Source of the DNA: Nitrospinaceae bacterium
GTDB taxonomy: Bacteria; Nitrospinota; Nitrospinia; Nitrospinales; Nitrospinaceae
Direction of reading: 5' to 3'
DNA: 64,000 bases
Assembly: GCA_965223665.1 (NCBI GenBank)
Contig: OZ245011.1
Location: forward strand, 3,328,001-3,392,000
Shown here: in pieces, positions 28,238 through 38,968 of the stretch
Layout: each line of letters opens with the position of its first letter
How positions within the stretch are numbered: position 1 is the stretch's first letter
Notes under the pieces: generated by a model
The model's database searches: none
The model's input: only the letters and a program-made list of their open reading frames with translations
Told to the model about the DNA's origin: nothing
Made by a program: the position numbers and the translations under genes

Positions 28238-31200
28238 TTACGCTGCTTTGGAAGGGGTTCCCAGCCTAAAATGAGATAAGCTTTTTTGAGAAGAAATTAA
28301 TTTTTTAAGAGCTTGCATGGCAAAAAAGTATTCACCATTATTCGAGAGACCGGTTTCCAAACAGATACGGTACCAATCAATGGCTTCCTCTATTCTCCCT
28401 TGAGTTTGGGCTTTGAAACCTAGGAAAAAAGAATATTCGCAGCGTTTTTTAGGGGTGTTCATTTGAAGGATTATTTCTTTCTTTGAAACCTTATGTAATA
28501 GAAAAAGACCTAAAAGGCCGTATTTATCTTCTTTCATTCCTGGAAGGTTATAGTAAGCTTTTAACTGATTGATTTCTTTTTGAGAAATATTTAAATAAAT
28601 TAAAGAGGAGGCTGCTCTTAACAACCAGTTGTAGCCATCGGGAGATTTCATTACTTTCCACAATAATTCAAAATGTCCATCGGCAAAAAAGTACATAGCG
28701 GCAGGTCCCATTAATTGTTGGGGAAGATTTTCTCTTAACCAGTTTACTGCTTTTTTCTCACCGGCGAATTCTTTTAAATATTTGTACATTGTGATTCGAA
28801 AAATAACTGATTCCATACTTTGAAGATGAACCTTTTGTGATAGTCTAAATGCTAGTTCATTTTGACCTAGCTCAAAAGCCGATTGAGCCCAAATTTTTAG
28901 AATTTTATTTTTTGAGTAAGAAGTGATTTGTGTAATCGCATATAGTGCCTGTAGAGATTGCTCCAATGGTCTTTCTTTAAAAATTTGTATGAACTCATAT
29001 CCCAGTTGTTGCCAATTATGAGTAGTCATGAGGTAAGGGTGATTTTTTATTAAAAGAGCCGCTTTAGCTAAATCGGATTGGTTCCAATAAAATCCAACAA
29101 GATTTGCAAGATATTTTGCAGAAGTAGGGTATCTTTGGTAACAACGAATAAACATTTCTTCCGCCTCTTTCTGTTGCCCAAGTTCTTGGAAAATTTTTCC
29201 TGCCCAACTTAGTGACCCTCCGGTATAACTTGGAACTGCTTCCAAAATAACTGGTAAAGCTTTTTTATATTGTTTTTCTTGATAATACGTTTTGGCCAGT
29301 TTAGTTAAAGCATGTGGCATTTCCAGATTAGTTGTTAAAACTTTTCTATTTAACCAATCCTGAATGACAACTCTTGCTGTATCATATTCTTTGTTTTTTA
29401 AAAGATAGTTAATGTAGGGTTTTCGTGCTTGCCAATTTTGGGGATCTTCCTTAACTATAGTTTTAAACCAATTTTCAATTGCGGAGGATGGAACTTCCTC
29501 AAATTTGTTTAGTAATCCGACAATATAGGATTTTAGCTTTTTGGGGGTGGTGGGGTCTCGAAGTAGTTGGAGTAATACGTTTTGATCTCGATTCAAAAAA
29601 GAGAAATATGCTTGTTGAGCAAAATAGCTCTTATCCGCAACCTTAATGAGCTGTTTTGTCAGTTTTTCATAAAGTTTTAAATCTAGCAAATTCTCATAGG
29701 CAATATCTGCCATTGCTTTTAGGTGCTCAGGACGAGTATCCAGTTTAGAAACCATTCTGCGTATACATACCCAAATTCCTGGATCTCCACTATGTAGATG
29801 TTTTTGAAGTTCTTGCCAGGTTCTCAGAACTAGTGGTGTTCCCCATTGATTAAAACCCATCAATTGTTCTATCATTTCATCTTTGTCAAGCTGTGAGTTA
29901 TAAGCTTGAGTCAAATAAAAGTACCAATTTGATATTTGGTGGGTTTGGTTGGGTTGAAAAAGTGAAAAAGAATCCACGGAGCTTTTTAATTTGTTAAAAA
30001 ATCTTTCTTTGGAAAATACAATTTTCTTAAATTTGTTTACCGTTTTTTGTCCTTTTACTAAAATACTATTGGAATTGGTATTAAGGATTTCAGCAAATTG
30101 GTTGGCACTCTTCAGGTCACTTAGGTTGTCTAAATAGAATAATCCCTCAGTAAAAATTGAAGAATAAAAATAGCTTCTAAAGAATAGTTCAAAGTCTTGC
30201 GAATTGAAGAAAACCCCTGAATAATTTTCAGTTGGTATGGAAATTTCGATCTCGAATTTATTTAGAAGAGATTTCAGATTTATGGAAACACCTAATATTT
30301 CACCTAGTGAGGTTAAAAATTGATTATTGTATTCGCCATTCGTGAAAACTTTTGATAAGGTTTTTATAGGTGGGTTCCCTGATTCTCTTGATAAATTTAA
30401 TAGAATTAATAATTGAGCTAATTTTGGAAAATTCCGCTTTGAATAAAAAGAGTCCAAGTTAAATCCGGTTTTTATTATTGAGAGTTGAGTAATGTCTTCT
30501 TTAAATGCCTTTTCTAACCAATGTTGCCATTTATCAAATTTTCCCTTTTTAGCAAGTCTTAATAACCAGAGATACTGAGTTTCTTTACTGGTTTTTTGGG
30601 AATGAGCTAGCTTTTTAAGGATCGAATCTTCTTTTAACAAAAATAACCTTAGGGGATCGTTTAACGGTAAGGTAAGAGCCAAAAGATTAGCATGAGATGA
30701 ATAACCTAGAGCTTCTGCAATTAAAGTCTCTTCACGGGACATGGCAGATGCTGTCAATCCTCGTGCAAGAGCTAAGTTGCACAATGATTTTGCCTTAAGT
30801 GCATCGGTAATTTCTATAAGGTCTAAGGTTTGAAATACAATTTGCGCAAGCGCTGTGGCCGCAGATTGAATAACCCAGTTATGATGAATCCCCTGATCCC
30901 AAAACTTGTTGGACATTTGGGCCACGAGTGCCATAGATGGAGTAAAGTAATTATTTAATTCATTTTTAATTAAAGTATGACTGGGATTGAAAATTTCGTT
31001 TGAAAGAATAATCGGGTATTTTCTATTTAAGCTTTTTGTCCAATTTACTAATAGGGTCATGAAATTGGAGAAATCTGGAAACTCTGGGATGGAACCTACA
31101 TTTATTCCTTGATAGCGGATATGCCACAAAATTCCGTCAAAATTAATTTGAGGATCTGAAGGTTTTTCCCCAGTAAAAAATGTGTGAATATCTGCGATTG

Positions 31201-31438
31201 CTAGTAAAAACCTTTTGTCGGGTTGCAAACGATAGCTATCTTCCAGTGTGTTGCGCATTTGCTGTGGAGGAACCTCCATGATATTGGGAATTTTTTCATC
31301 TAGAGGTGTAGCTTGGATCTTAGTAAATTGAGTGGGTTTGGGATTAAGACTTTCCCAAAACCAATTTGGTTGAAAAAACTGAATGTAGGAGGCGAAAGCC
31401 AGTGTGACGCCTAAAAGACCAAATAAATAGGGTCTCAT
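28238..31438 (-). CDS. Large membrane-anchored protein with C-terminal TPR repeats
   Basis: N-terminal TM segment, 1066 aa, TPR-like helices in the C-terminal half. Confidence 0.75.
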   Translation of the reverse strand: MRPYLFGLLGVTLAFASYIQFFQPNWFWESLNPKPTQFTKIQATPLDEKIPNIMEVPPQQMRNTLEDSYRLQPDKRFLLAIADIHTFFTGEKPSDPQINFDGILWHIRYQGINVGSIPEFPDFSNFMTLLVNWTKSLNRKYPIILSNEIFNPSHTLIKNELNNYFTPSMALVAQMSNKFWDQGIHHNWVIQSAATALAQIVFQTLDLIEITDALKAKSLCNLALARGLTASAMSREETLIAEALGYSSHANLLALTLPLNDPLRLFLLKEDSILKKLAHSQKTSKETQYLWLLRLAKKGKFDKWQHWLEKAFKEDITQLSIIKTGFNLDSFYSKRNFPKLAQLLILLNLSRESGNPPIKTLSKVFTNGEYNNQFLTSLGEILGVSINLKSLLNKFEIEISIPTENYSGVFFNSQDFELFFRSYFYSSIFTEGLFYLDNLSDLKSANQFAEILNTNSNSILVKGQKTVNKFKKIVFSKERFFNKLKSSVDSFSLFQPNQTHQISNWYFYLTQAYNSQLDKDEMIEQLMGFNQWGTPLVLRTWQELQKHLHSGDPGIWVCIRRMVSKLDTRPEHLKAMADIAYENLLDLKLYEKLTKQLIKVADKSYFAQQAYFSFLNRDQNVLLQLLRDPTTPKKLKSYIVGLLNKFEEVPSSAIENWFKTIVKEDPQNWQARKPYINYLLKNKEYDTARVVIQDWLNRKVLTTNLEMPHALTKLAKTYYQEKQYKKALPVILEAVPSYTGGSLSWAGKIFQELGQQKEAEEMFIRCYQRYPTSAKYLANLVGFYWNQSDLAKAALLIKNHPYLMTTHNWQQLGYEFIQIFKERPLEQSLQALYAITQITSYSKNKILKIWAQSAFELGQNELAFRLSQKVHLQSMESVIFRITMYKYLKEFAGEKKAVNWLRENLPQQLMGPAAMYFFADGHFELLWKVMKSPDGYNWLLRAASSLIYLNISQKEINQLKAYYNLPGMKEDKYGLLGLFLLHKVSKKEIILQMNTPKKRCEYSFFLGFKAQTQGRIEEAIDWYRICLETGLSNNGEYFFAMQALKKLISSQKSLSHFRLGTPSKAA

Positions 31439-31588
31439 CCGAGCACCAGGACTAATTTAAGTAAGATTGAAATTCGCTGTAAATATAAAAAGTATAAAGG
31501 ATTGTGGTCTTAAAAAACAGAAAATTAATATCTGCGGTTCCAAGAGGTTTTTATATAAAGATATAATGGAATAAAAAATCTGGGGGAT

Positions 31589-32653
31589 TTGGTTATGTAT
31601 ATATTGATAAAACGATGGATTATATTTTTCTTGGGACTGGTAATACTTTGGAGTGATCTAAATTCGGCCTATGCATTCACAATTCATGAATACAAAACTC
31701 CAACAAAAGACAGCAGTCCTTCAGATATAGCAATTGATGGAAATGGTAATTTATGGTTTACAGAAATTAATGCCAATAAAATTGGCAAATTGATTCCTTC
31801 TCAGTCTAAACCTGGAACATCTGAGGGAATTATAGAATATGATTTGCCTCAACCCAATAGTAAACCTCATTACATTACGGTAGCTCGGGATGGATTGATA
31901 TGGTTCACCGAGATGGAAGGAAACCGTATAGGAAAACTCAATCCTGAAACTGGCAAGATTAAAGAATATGAAATTCCTACTCCTAAAAGTGAACCTCATC
32001 AAATAAAAGAGGGACTGGACGGGCACATATGGTTTTTAGAGTTTGAAACAAATAAAGTTGGCCGATTCAATCCTCAATCCGAATCATTCAAAGAGTTTCC
32101 AATATCAAAAGGCCATCCTCATGGATTGGCTTTAGATGGAAACAAAGTATGGTATACACAAGGGGGAAAATTTTGGGCACAGATATTTTTTAACAAAGTA
32201 GGAGTTCTTGATACTGAAACAGGAAAAGTTGAAGAATTTACAATCCCACCTGAAAAATCTGTTCCCCATGGAATCACTCTTAGTACTAATGGTGTTCTAT
32301 GGTTTACCCAGATGTTTGAAAGTAAATTGGCCAATTTAACTTTTCCAAAGGGCCAGCCTCCCAAAATAACAGAATATTGGCTTGGAAAACGAAAAGGACC
32401 ACATGATTTAATTGTCGATGATGAACGTAAATGGGTTTGGTTTACTGCAAATCGTCCGGCCAGCATTGGTAGATTAGATTTAGCTAAAGCTACACCAGGT
32501 ACAAATAATGGTGTAGAGTTTTTCCCCACTCCTACTCCCAAAAGTCACCCCAGCCAATTGGTAATAGATAAAGAGGGAAATATCTGGTTTACAGAAATGG
32601 GATTGTATTTCCGCGGAAAATATTTAAACCAGATTGGAAAGCTTATTCCTTAA
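31589..32653 (+). CDS. Exported Vgb (virginiamycin B lyase)-like beta-propeller protein
   Basis: Repeated G.LWFTE...NKIG.L.P blades and PTP.S.P motifs; signal peptide. Confidence 0.85.
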   Translation: MVMYILIKRWIIFFLGLVILWSDLNSAYAFTIHEYKTPTKDSSPSDIAIDGNGNLWFTEINANKIGKLIPSQSKPGTSEGIIEYDLPQPNSKPHYITVARDGLIWFTEMEGNRIGKLNPETGKIKEYEIPTPKSEPHQIKEGLDGHIWFLEFETNKVGRFNPQSESFKEFPISKGHPHGLALDGNKVWYTQGGKFWAQIFFNKVGVLDTETGKVEEFTIPPEKSVPHGITLSTNGVLWFTQMFESKLANLTFPKGQPPKITEYWLGKRKGPHDLIVDDERKWVWFTANRPASIGRLDLAKATPGTNNGVEFFPTPTPKSHPSQLVIDKEGNIWFTEMGLYFRGKYLNQIGKLIP

Positions 32654-32877
32654 ATTTGTTTTGCCTTCCAAATAATTTTCCTCACTTTTCCCCATCTAAA
32701 AAATTAAGACACACAATTTTTTTGTTTCTATGGTTAAGTTTTTTCTAATTCTTTTTGATTGAGAAAAGGATCATTAAATAAAAACCCATCTTTAGGCGCT
32801 AAAACAATTTGGAACCTATTATTGAGGCCATTAAACTTATTGTGTTACCCAAGTCATTTTTTCAAAAGGAGTCATTC

Positions 32878-33585
32878 ATGAAAAGGTTTTTTAACCTTGT
32901 TTTAGTATTTGCTTTTTTGCAATTTAGCCTTTTATTAACCTCCTCTGGATTTGTTTATGGAAAAGAAAATTCTAATTTGCAAAAAGACAAAGCCTTTTTG
33001 AAAAAAATTATGCAGGACGAAAAAATTTTAAAAAAAGATCCCAATAATCCGCGATTGAATTATGAAATGGGAATGAACTATTTTTTAATGGAAGAATATA
33101 ATTCGGCAAAGTCTTATTTTAAAAAAACCCTGAGGTTAAAACCCCAAGATGATATTCTTCGTTATCGTTTGGGGCTGAAATTTGCCCAAGCCAGTCGAAT
33201 AAAGGATGCATTAAACTTTTTTAAGGAAGCACTTGATTTGGATCCCAACAATAGCCTTGTGCATATTGAAATGGGGCAACTCTATTTTAAAATGAGGAAA
33301 TATAACAAGGCTAGAAAACATTATAAATTGGCCGCCGAACTGGATCCATTGTATGAAGAAGATTATCGTGACATTGAAAAACAAATTCGACAAAAAATGG
33401 TGATCGAAAAGTATCAAAGGATCTTAAGAAAAAACCCCCAAGATGCTTTGACCCACGGGAAATTGGCTGATATTTATCGAACATTGGGAAGGGAAAAAGA
33501 AGCTGTTTTTCATTACAAAGAAGCTGTTAGGGTGGACCCAAATTTTAAGAATTTTGTTCCAGCGGATATAGAAATTTTAAATTAA
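32878..33585 (+). CDS. Exported TPR protein
   Basis: TPR repeats ending LDP/LKP; start moved to ATG 32878 after AAGGAG. Confidence 0.85.
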   Translation: MKRFFNLVLVFAFLQFSLLLTSSGFVYGKENSNLQKDKAFLKKIMQDEKILKKDPNNPRLNYEMGMNYFLMEEYNSAKSYFKKTLRLKPQDDILRYRLGLKFAQASRIKDALNFFKEALDLDPNNSLVHIEMGQLYFKMRKYNKARKHYKLAAELDPLYEEDYRDIEKQIRQKMVIEKYQRILRKNPQDALTHGKLADIYRTLGREKEAVFHYKEAVRVDPNFKNFVPADIEILN

Positions 33586-33753
33586 ATTTTATGGTAAGAT
33601 TTGGGAAAAATTTTCGCAGGTTTTTTTAATTAGGAACTTAATTAAAAAAATAAAAAGCCCCCCTTGATATTCTAGTACTCTTAAGAAAAACCTAGTACAG
33701 AATTTCTAAAGAAAAAGCCGAGGAAACGACATAATGGTTTGGGAAAAGTAGGT

Positions 33754-33954
33754 CTATTTTGGTACTACTTTTGCGGCTTGCGGGCCTTTTTGCCCTTCGG
33801 TCACTTCATACTCAACATCTTGTCCTTGCTTTAAGGTTTTATAACCATCGATCTGAATTTCAGAAAAATGTACAAAGACATCTTTTCCTTCTTCAGATTC
33901 AATGAAACCATACCCCTTGGAATTGCTAAACCATTTAACTTTTCCCACAGCCAT
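33754..33954 (-). CDS. Cold-shock protein (CspA family)
   Basis: KWF, KGYGFI (RNP1), DVFVHFS (RNP2), KGPQA. Confidence 0.97.
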   Translation of the reverse strand: MAVGKVKWFSNSKGYGFIESEEGKDVFVHFSEIQIDGYKTLKQGQDVEYEVTEGQKGPQAAKVVPK

Positions 33955-34303
33955 AAATCCCCCTTTTTTAAGAACATTAAGAGCGCATATACTACCACAG
34001 GTAGATAAAGAAACCCAAGAAACTCTACTCTATTTTTGTAAAAAAATGGGGGTAAAAAATCCCCCTCTTGAAGGTTTTTTTTGGGCAAGATTTTGAAATT
34101 TAAGGATTTTACTTTTTGAAGGTTAAAAGAAGCAAAATTGATCCTTTTTCCGTAAATTTTAAATTAGAATTGAATCAAACTATATAAAATCTAAATAGGT
34201 TCCTTGCCGCCACCAATAGTACTTATAAATTTTCTTTTATTTAGTCAATTTGCTGAAACCATCTTAGCCAAAAAATAAAAAACGAGATATTGAAAGAAGA
34301 ACT

Positions 34304-34471
34304 TTATTTGTTAATTTTATTTTCTCTTAAAAAATTTGGTCCATAAACTTCTTCCATAGTTCGATATTTTTTAGCCTGACGCAATTTTTGTCTTTCCTCA
34401 AATGATTTGGGATATTGTGGAGTGGGGGGAAATTTTACGTTACTTAATTCTCTTTCTTGAGTCGTCTGCAT
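34304..34471 (-). CDS. Unannotated 55-aa small protein (MQTTQERELS...RENKINK)
   Basis: Manual translation; AAGGAGG 7 nt before the ATG; below the ORF-track size cut-off. Confidence 0.6.
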   Translation of the reverse strand: MQTTQERELSNVKFPPTPQYPKSFEERQKLRQAKKYRTMEEVYGPNFLRENKINK

Positions 34472-34501
34472 GTTCATTCCTCCTTGAATGACTTTTTCTA
34501 T

Positions 34502-34529
34502 TTATCGGTATCAATAAAAAATCTCATTA
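34502..34529 (-). promoter_or_regulatory. Possible sigma28 (FliA)-type promoter
   Basis: TAAT-N16-ACCGATAA versus consensus TAAA-N15-GCCGATAA. Confidence 0.35.
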
Positions 34530-34832
34530 AATATTTTTTGGGAGTTAAAAATGCTAATTGTTAATTGATGAATATTTTGGGAAAAATTATAGAAAAAGTA
34601 TTGCTCGAATGATTCTTTGGGAGGCTTAAAGAAATATGGGTAAGTGGATACTCCCTAACCCTTCAAAAAATAGGCGATTACATGTGAATTTTGTATTGCC
34701 TTAATATCACAAAAATTTTAATGATTCTTTGCTTGTTTTGACGATTTTTTCATTGATATACTGACCCCAAATTTGGGAATCTTGAGTCTTTTTGGACTTA
34801 AAGATGTTTCTTTACAGGAGGCAAAGAACATC

Positions 34833-35441
34833 ATGAATAAAATTGTATCAATAGTCGTAACATTATTTTTATTAGTTGTTTGGTCTCAAGTCACGTGGGC
34901 AGGACCCCGAGGAAAGTTTAATAATGGAAGAAGTGGATTTAATCACCGTATAGGGAAAACACCTTCACATAAACTCACCATCCGGGGAAATAGATTTTCT
35001 AATCAAATTCGTACAAGAAAAAATTCAGTTTTTCATTCTCATAAATTAAATACTCGAAAATCTAGATCCATTAATAGAAATAGAGGTTTTAGATCTTCGT
35101 CCAGATTCAATAGGAGGAATAATCTTAGAGGATCTGCAAGGAATTTTCGTAGTTTTGGGAGACAGCAACAAAACCGAAATGGTTTGATAAGAAATAATTT
35201 GAGAAATAAATCAGTAGCCTTGAGACCTCGCTATAAATATCGAAATAAATACCGTCAACCCTCTCGTCGTCCTTATGTCAATCCGCATCGTGGAGCGTAT
35301 TACCCGAATAGAGGATACTATCAATACGGAAATTATTACTCTGACTACCCACCCAATTATAATATTTTTGTTTTTCCAGGCGTGGTCGGGGTCGGACCGT
35401 ATGTAGTATTGCCGCCTGTTAGAGGCTTCATCGGCTATTAA
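34833..35441 (+). CDS. Exported Arg/Asn-rich low-complexity protein
   Basis: AGGAGG SD before ATG 34833; signal peptide ending TWA; basic R/N-rich middle; Tyr/Pro-rich tail. Confidence 0.7.
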   Translation: MNKIVSIVVTLFLLVVWSQVTWAGPRGKFNNGRSGFNHRIGKTPSHKLTIRGNRFSNQIRTRKNSVFHSHKLNTRKSRSINRNRGFRSSSRFNRRNNLRGSARNFRSFGRQQQNRNGLIRNNLRNKSVALRPRYKYRNKYRQPSRRPYVNPHRGAYYPNRGYYQYGNYYSDYPPNYNIFVFPGVVGVGPYVVLPPVRGFIGY

Positions 35442-35552
35442 TCTTTTAGTTTTTTTCATCTGGTAATTAAACTAAGGTGCTATTCTTTAGGCTCCTTTTG
35501 GAGACTCTACAAGGCCCCAATTTTTTTTAAACCTGTTGAGAAAGGCATTGCG

Positions 35553-36425
35553 TTGGAAAATTATAATTGCCTGAAAAAAGGTTTAAATAATTTAAAACTA
35601 TTGGTTTTAGCATTTTTATTTCTTATTTTGGGCTTGGGATGTAGTCAAACTCAAATTGTCTATAATCTTTCGGATTGGTTCCTATTAAAACGAATCGATA
35701 AATATTTTAATCTCACCTCTAAACAAGAAGAGTTTTTAGAAAAAAAAATTGAGGGTTTGCAACAATGGCATCGACAAAATGAAATTCCCAAATTGGTCGA
35801 GGTTCTTGAAAACCTACAGGACCGCTATAGAGACGGGCTGAATTTGGAAGATGTTCTTTGGATTCAAAAAACCCATTGGGGGTTTTGGGAAAGATTGTTT
35901 AAAAAAGGTTTGTGTGATTTTTCTGGGTTTTTAAGTATGGTGAATGATGATCAAATTTTACACTTGGAATCTCAATTCCAAATTAACAACCAATATTTGA
36001 TTGATCAAACTAAACTGGCACCTCCAGAATTGCGGGCAGAAACATTAGATTGGTTGTTCAAATTTTTAGAAGACTGGTATGGTTATTTGACCCCTGAGCA
36101 AAAAGCTAATATGGAAAAACTGGTGACCGAAGATCCGGAATGGATCAAAATAAAGCTCGAAAAGCGCCAAACATTTCAAAAAAACTTTGTTCGGATTTTA
36201 AAGAAACACCAAAGTTCATCGAAAATTTGTAAAGAACTTAGCCCTATGATAATTGATGCAAAGGCTACATGGCCAGCCAATTTTAGGACACGCTTCGAGC
36301 AAAAAGAACAGAAATGGCAACAGATATTTTTGCAAATAGATGCAACTATGCAACCTAATCAAAGAAAAAATGTCTTACAGCGGATTGAAAATTATCGCTT
36401 GGACTTCAAGGAATTATTGGGATAG
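35553..36425 (+). CDS. Helical lipoprotein (DUF6279-like)
   Basis: LGLGC lipobox; YNLSDW...YFNLT..Q...WHRQNE.P; DWYG.LT.EQ. Confidence 0.7.
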   Translation: MENYNCLKKGLNNLKLLVLAFLFLILGLGCSQTQIVYNLSDWFLLKRIDKYFNLTSKQEEFLEKKIEGLQQWHRQNEIPKLVEVLENLQDRYRDGLNLEDVLWIQKTHWGFWERLFKKGLCDFSGFLSMVNDDQILHLESQFQINNQYLIDQTKLAPPELRAETLDWLFKFLEDWYGYLTPEQKANMEKLVTEDPEWIKIKLEKRQTFQKNFVRILKKHQSSSKICKELSPMIIDAKATWPANFRTRFEQKEQKWQQIFLQIDATMQPNQRKNVLQRIENYRLDFKELLG

Positions 36426-36494
36426 GTTAAATTCTATTTTAAATGTGGCTATTTAATTTATGGGATTGGAGACTCTGGGATTACCTGAAAGAGA

Positions 36495-37007
36495 TTAAAG
36501 CCCTCTGAGGTTTTTCAAGATCTGCTGCGCGGCTTTTTCATAAAGTTTATCAGGAGATCCTCCGGTCATTCCTCCAGACACCCAACTTTGAACTTCCCAG
36601 GCGCCCAGCATGCCTTCTTGACTCAGGAGGGCGACTTTTACATTCATCAATGCGCGTGATCCATCATCAATTCCAAAGGTAACAAATCGTTTAAATCTAT
36701 TACCGTGATCAAACATCGTGACTTGAAATTTCAAATGGTATTTGGCTTTAACGTTGTTAGGAACCACCTGGAACATAGAATCCGTCATTTCTGTTTCCAG
36801 GGCGCTCCTTAGTCCGGAACTTGCCCCTTGTAAGGAAAACTTTTTAGTTAAATCTTTAAGGATAATAGTGTTTTGATGAGTTTCCCATCGTTTCCGAGTA
36901 ATGGATTCCACACCGGAACAAGCAGTCAAAGCAAAAACCAGTAATAGTGCTAAAATACTGATTTTATTAAACCTTACTGGTCTGATTTCAATGGTTTTCC
37001 TGTTCAT
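36495..37007 (-). CDS. Lipoprotein (DUF4410-like)
   Basis: LTAC lipobox; DHGNRFKRF..FG pattern. Confidence 0.65.
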   Translation of the reverse strand: MNRKTIEIRPVRFNKISILALLLVFALTACSGVESITRKRWETHQNTIILKDLTKKFSLQGASSGLRSALETEMTDSMFQVVPNNVKAKYHLKFQVTMFDHGNRFKRFVTFGIDDGSRALMNVKVALLSQEGMLGAWEVQSWVSGGMTGGSPDKLYEKAAQQILKNLRGL

Positions 37008-37057
37008 GATGGGAGTATTCTAGCAGGCAAAATAAGTTTTGCAAAGAGGAAATTAGG

Positions 37058-38881
37058 CTACGAAAACCAGTGGACCACAGCTTCCTCCAATCCACTAAAC
37101 CAAGTTTGGAGTTCAATGGGGATTAAACTATTAATATAGGTTAATTTCCCGGTTGCCAATGCCCAGCCTAGAAAAATTAAAAGGACTCCGCTCAACACAT
37201 TTGTAGAATGCAAAAGTATAGAACGTCCACCCAAATTTAAAGTCCAACCCCGACCCCTTAAAACTTTCCAGAACCAACTGTCTTTTCCCATGTTGCTAAA
37301 AAGTGAGGCTAACAATATGAGAGGCAAGCCCAAGCCTATTGCAAAGAAAAATAAGAGAGCCATTCCTTCATAGATAGTTTTTTCAGAAGCCGCAAGAACT
37401 AAAATTCCGGATAAAATGGGTCCTACACATGGAGTCCAACCCATAGCAAAAGTAGCACCAAACAGGAAGTACCCAATGAATGTAGATGTGGGAGCACTCT
37501 TGAAACTGGCGCCGGAAAATCCTTTACCAAAAACGGTCATAATCCCAAAAATTAATACTAGAATTCCCCCCCAGGTGGTCAGGGAAAATAAATAGTCTCT
37601 TAAAAGACTTCCAAGAAAGCTTGCAGACGCTCCCATCAATACAAATAAAGAAGCCAAACCACAGAAGAATGCAAAAGAATTCATAGTCATCTTAGTTCGA
37701 CTGGCTTGGGCAGTAACTGCAAAATAAGCTGGTAATATGGGTAATGTGCATGGAGAAAGAAAACTAAACATTCCGGCCATAAAGGAAAGGATAATGAGTA
37801 AAAAAATACTTGCCTTGGGTAAAGGTGATTCAGGCTCAAATGGACTGAACCCTGACTTTGTTGGGGTCACATCGTTTGATGTTGAAGGGGAAGAATTTGA
37901 AGAAGGGCTGGCTGAACCAAAAGACAAAGGTTCGTTTGAATTGGTTTTTAATGCTTCCTGAGTTGAGGGTGGGGGATTTAAAATTTTTGGTTTTGTGGAT
38001 GTCACACAGCGAAATCCAACATCGGGTGCTCCCTGGCTTGGGTCAGCATACTGACGGTAACCGGCACGTGCGAATTCTTTTAGAACTTGTAAGTACGATT
38101 CTCCAGGAAAATGCCCGATGTTTGAAGACGATATTCCTCTTAATACCTTGTAGCCTGCGTTAAAGGAGTCATCTTGATAAATATTTCCCGGATAAGCCGA
38201 GTAGTCTTCAGCAATCCATTCCCATACATTGCCGACAAGGTCATGAACTCCCTGTGGAGTGGCCCCTTGTGGATGCACTCCAACTTTAGTGAGCAAGGTT
38301 TTGGATCGTGCCTGTTTAGGTAAATTAGAATTTTCTAACTTAAAATCATTACCCCAGGGATATTCTCTTCCATCCGTCCCTCGGGCTGCGCGTTCCCATT
38401 CCTTTTCCGTAGGCAATCTTTTTCCTGCCCATTCACAAAAATTGGAGGCATCATACCAAGTGACCCAAGTCACTGGAAAATCTTCTTTCCCCAGTGGAAT
38501 TTCCCCCTTTTCCCAATTTTTTGGAGGAGCATATTTCCCAATATTTTTAATGATTGGTTTAAACCGGGGATCGTTTGGAATATCTTCCAAAAAGTTTTTG
38601 TATCGCCTGTTAGTCACTTCGTAGCGATCTATATAAAACCCTTTTAGGAAAGGCTTTTGTTCTGGGTGCTCATCTTTATAAAGCGCTTTGGGTACTCCTA
38701 ATGCCAGAAGTTCGCCACTTTCATCCTCTTTGTTAGTACCGAATATAAATTGTCCTGCAGAAATAAATGCCATGTCTCCTTCTAGAGTATTTTCCCCCTC
38801 AGTATCCTGTGCCCAACTGTATACTGCGGTGGTCAGTAGGAGTAAAGTGCAAACAATAAATTTGTATAGAGAAAATTTCAT
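37058..38881 (-). CDS. Fusion of exported FGE-sulfatase domain and CcdA/DsbD-beta membrane domain
   Basis: Signal peptide, RLPTEKEWERAARG, GNVWEW, GFRC; Ser/Pro linker; FLSPCTLPILP and GWTPCVGPIL. Confidence 0.9.
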   Translation of the reverse strand: MKFSLYKFIVCTLLLLTTAVYSWAQDTEGENTLEGDMAFISAGQFIFGTNKEDESGELLALGVPKALYKDEHPEQKPFLKGFYIDRYEVTNRRYKNFLEDIPNDPRFKPIIKNIGKYAPPKNWEKGEIPLGKEDFPVTWVTWYDASNFCEWAGKRLPTEKEWERAARGTDGREYPWGNDFKLENSNLPKQARSKTLLTKVGVHPQGATPQGVHDLVGNVWEWIAEDYSAYPGNIYQDDSFNAGYKVLRGISSSNIGHFPGESYLQVLKEFARAGYRQYADPSQGAPDVGFRCVTSTKPKILNPPPSTQEALKTNSNEPLSFGSASPSSNSSPSTSNDVTPTKSGFSPFEPESPLPKASIFLLIILSFMAGMFSFLSPCTLPILPAYFAVTAQASRTKMTMNSFAFFCGLASLFVLMGASASFLGSLLRDYLFSLTTWGGILVLIFGIMTVFGKGFSGASFKSAPTSTFIGYFLFGATFAMGWTPCVGPILSGILVLAASEKTIYEGMALLFFFAIGLGLPLILLASLFSNMGKDSWFWKVLRGRGWTLNLGGRSILLHSTNVLSGVLLIFLGWALATGKLTYINSLIPIELQTWFSGLEEAVVHWFS

Positions 38882-38968
38882 GTAATAAGATTGAAATCTA
38901 AAGATATTTTTAAAATAAAAAAAGCGAGTTAAAAAATTTTAAGTGATAAAGGTTTTGTTGAGGGTCCT

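Noticed and set aside
31589-32653. Streptogramin resistance gene vgb
   Set aside because: Fold-level similarity only; the signal peptide and widespread propeller family do not support a resistance call
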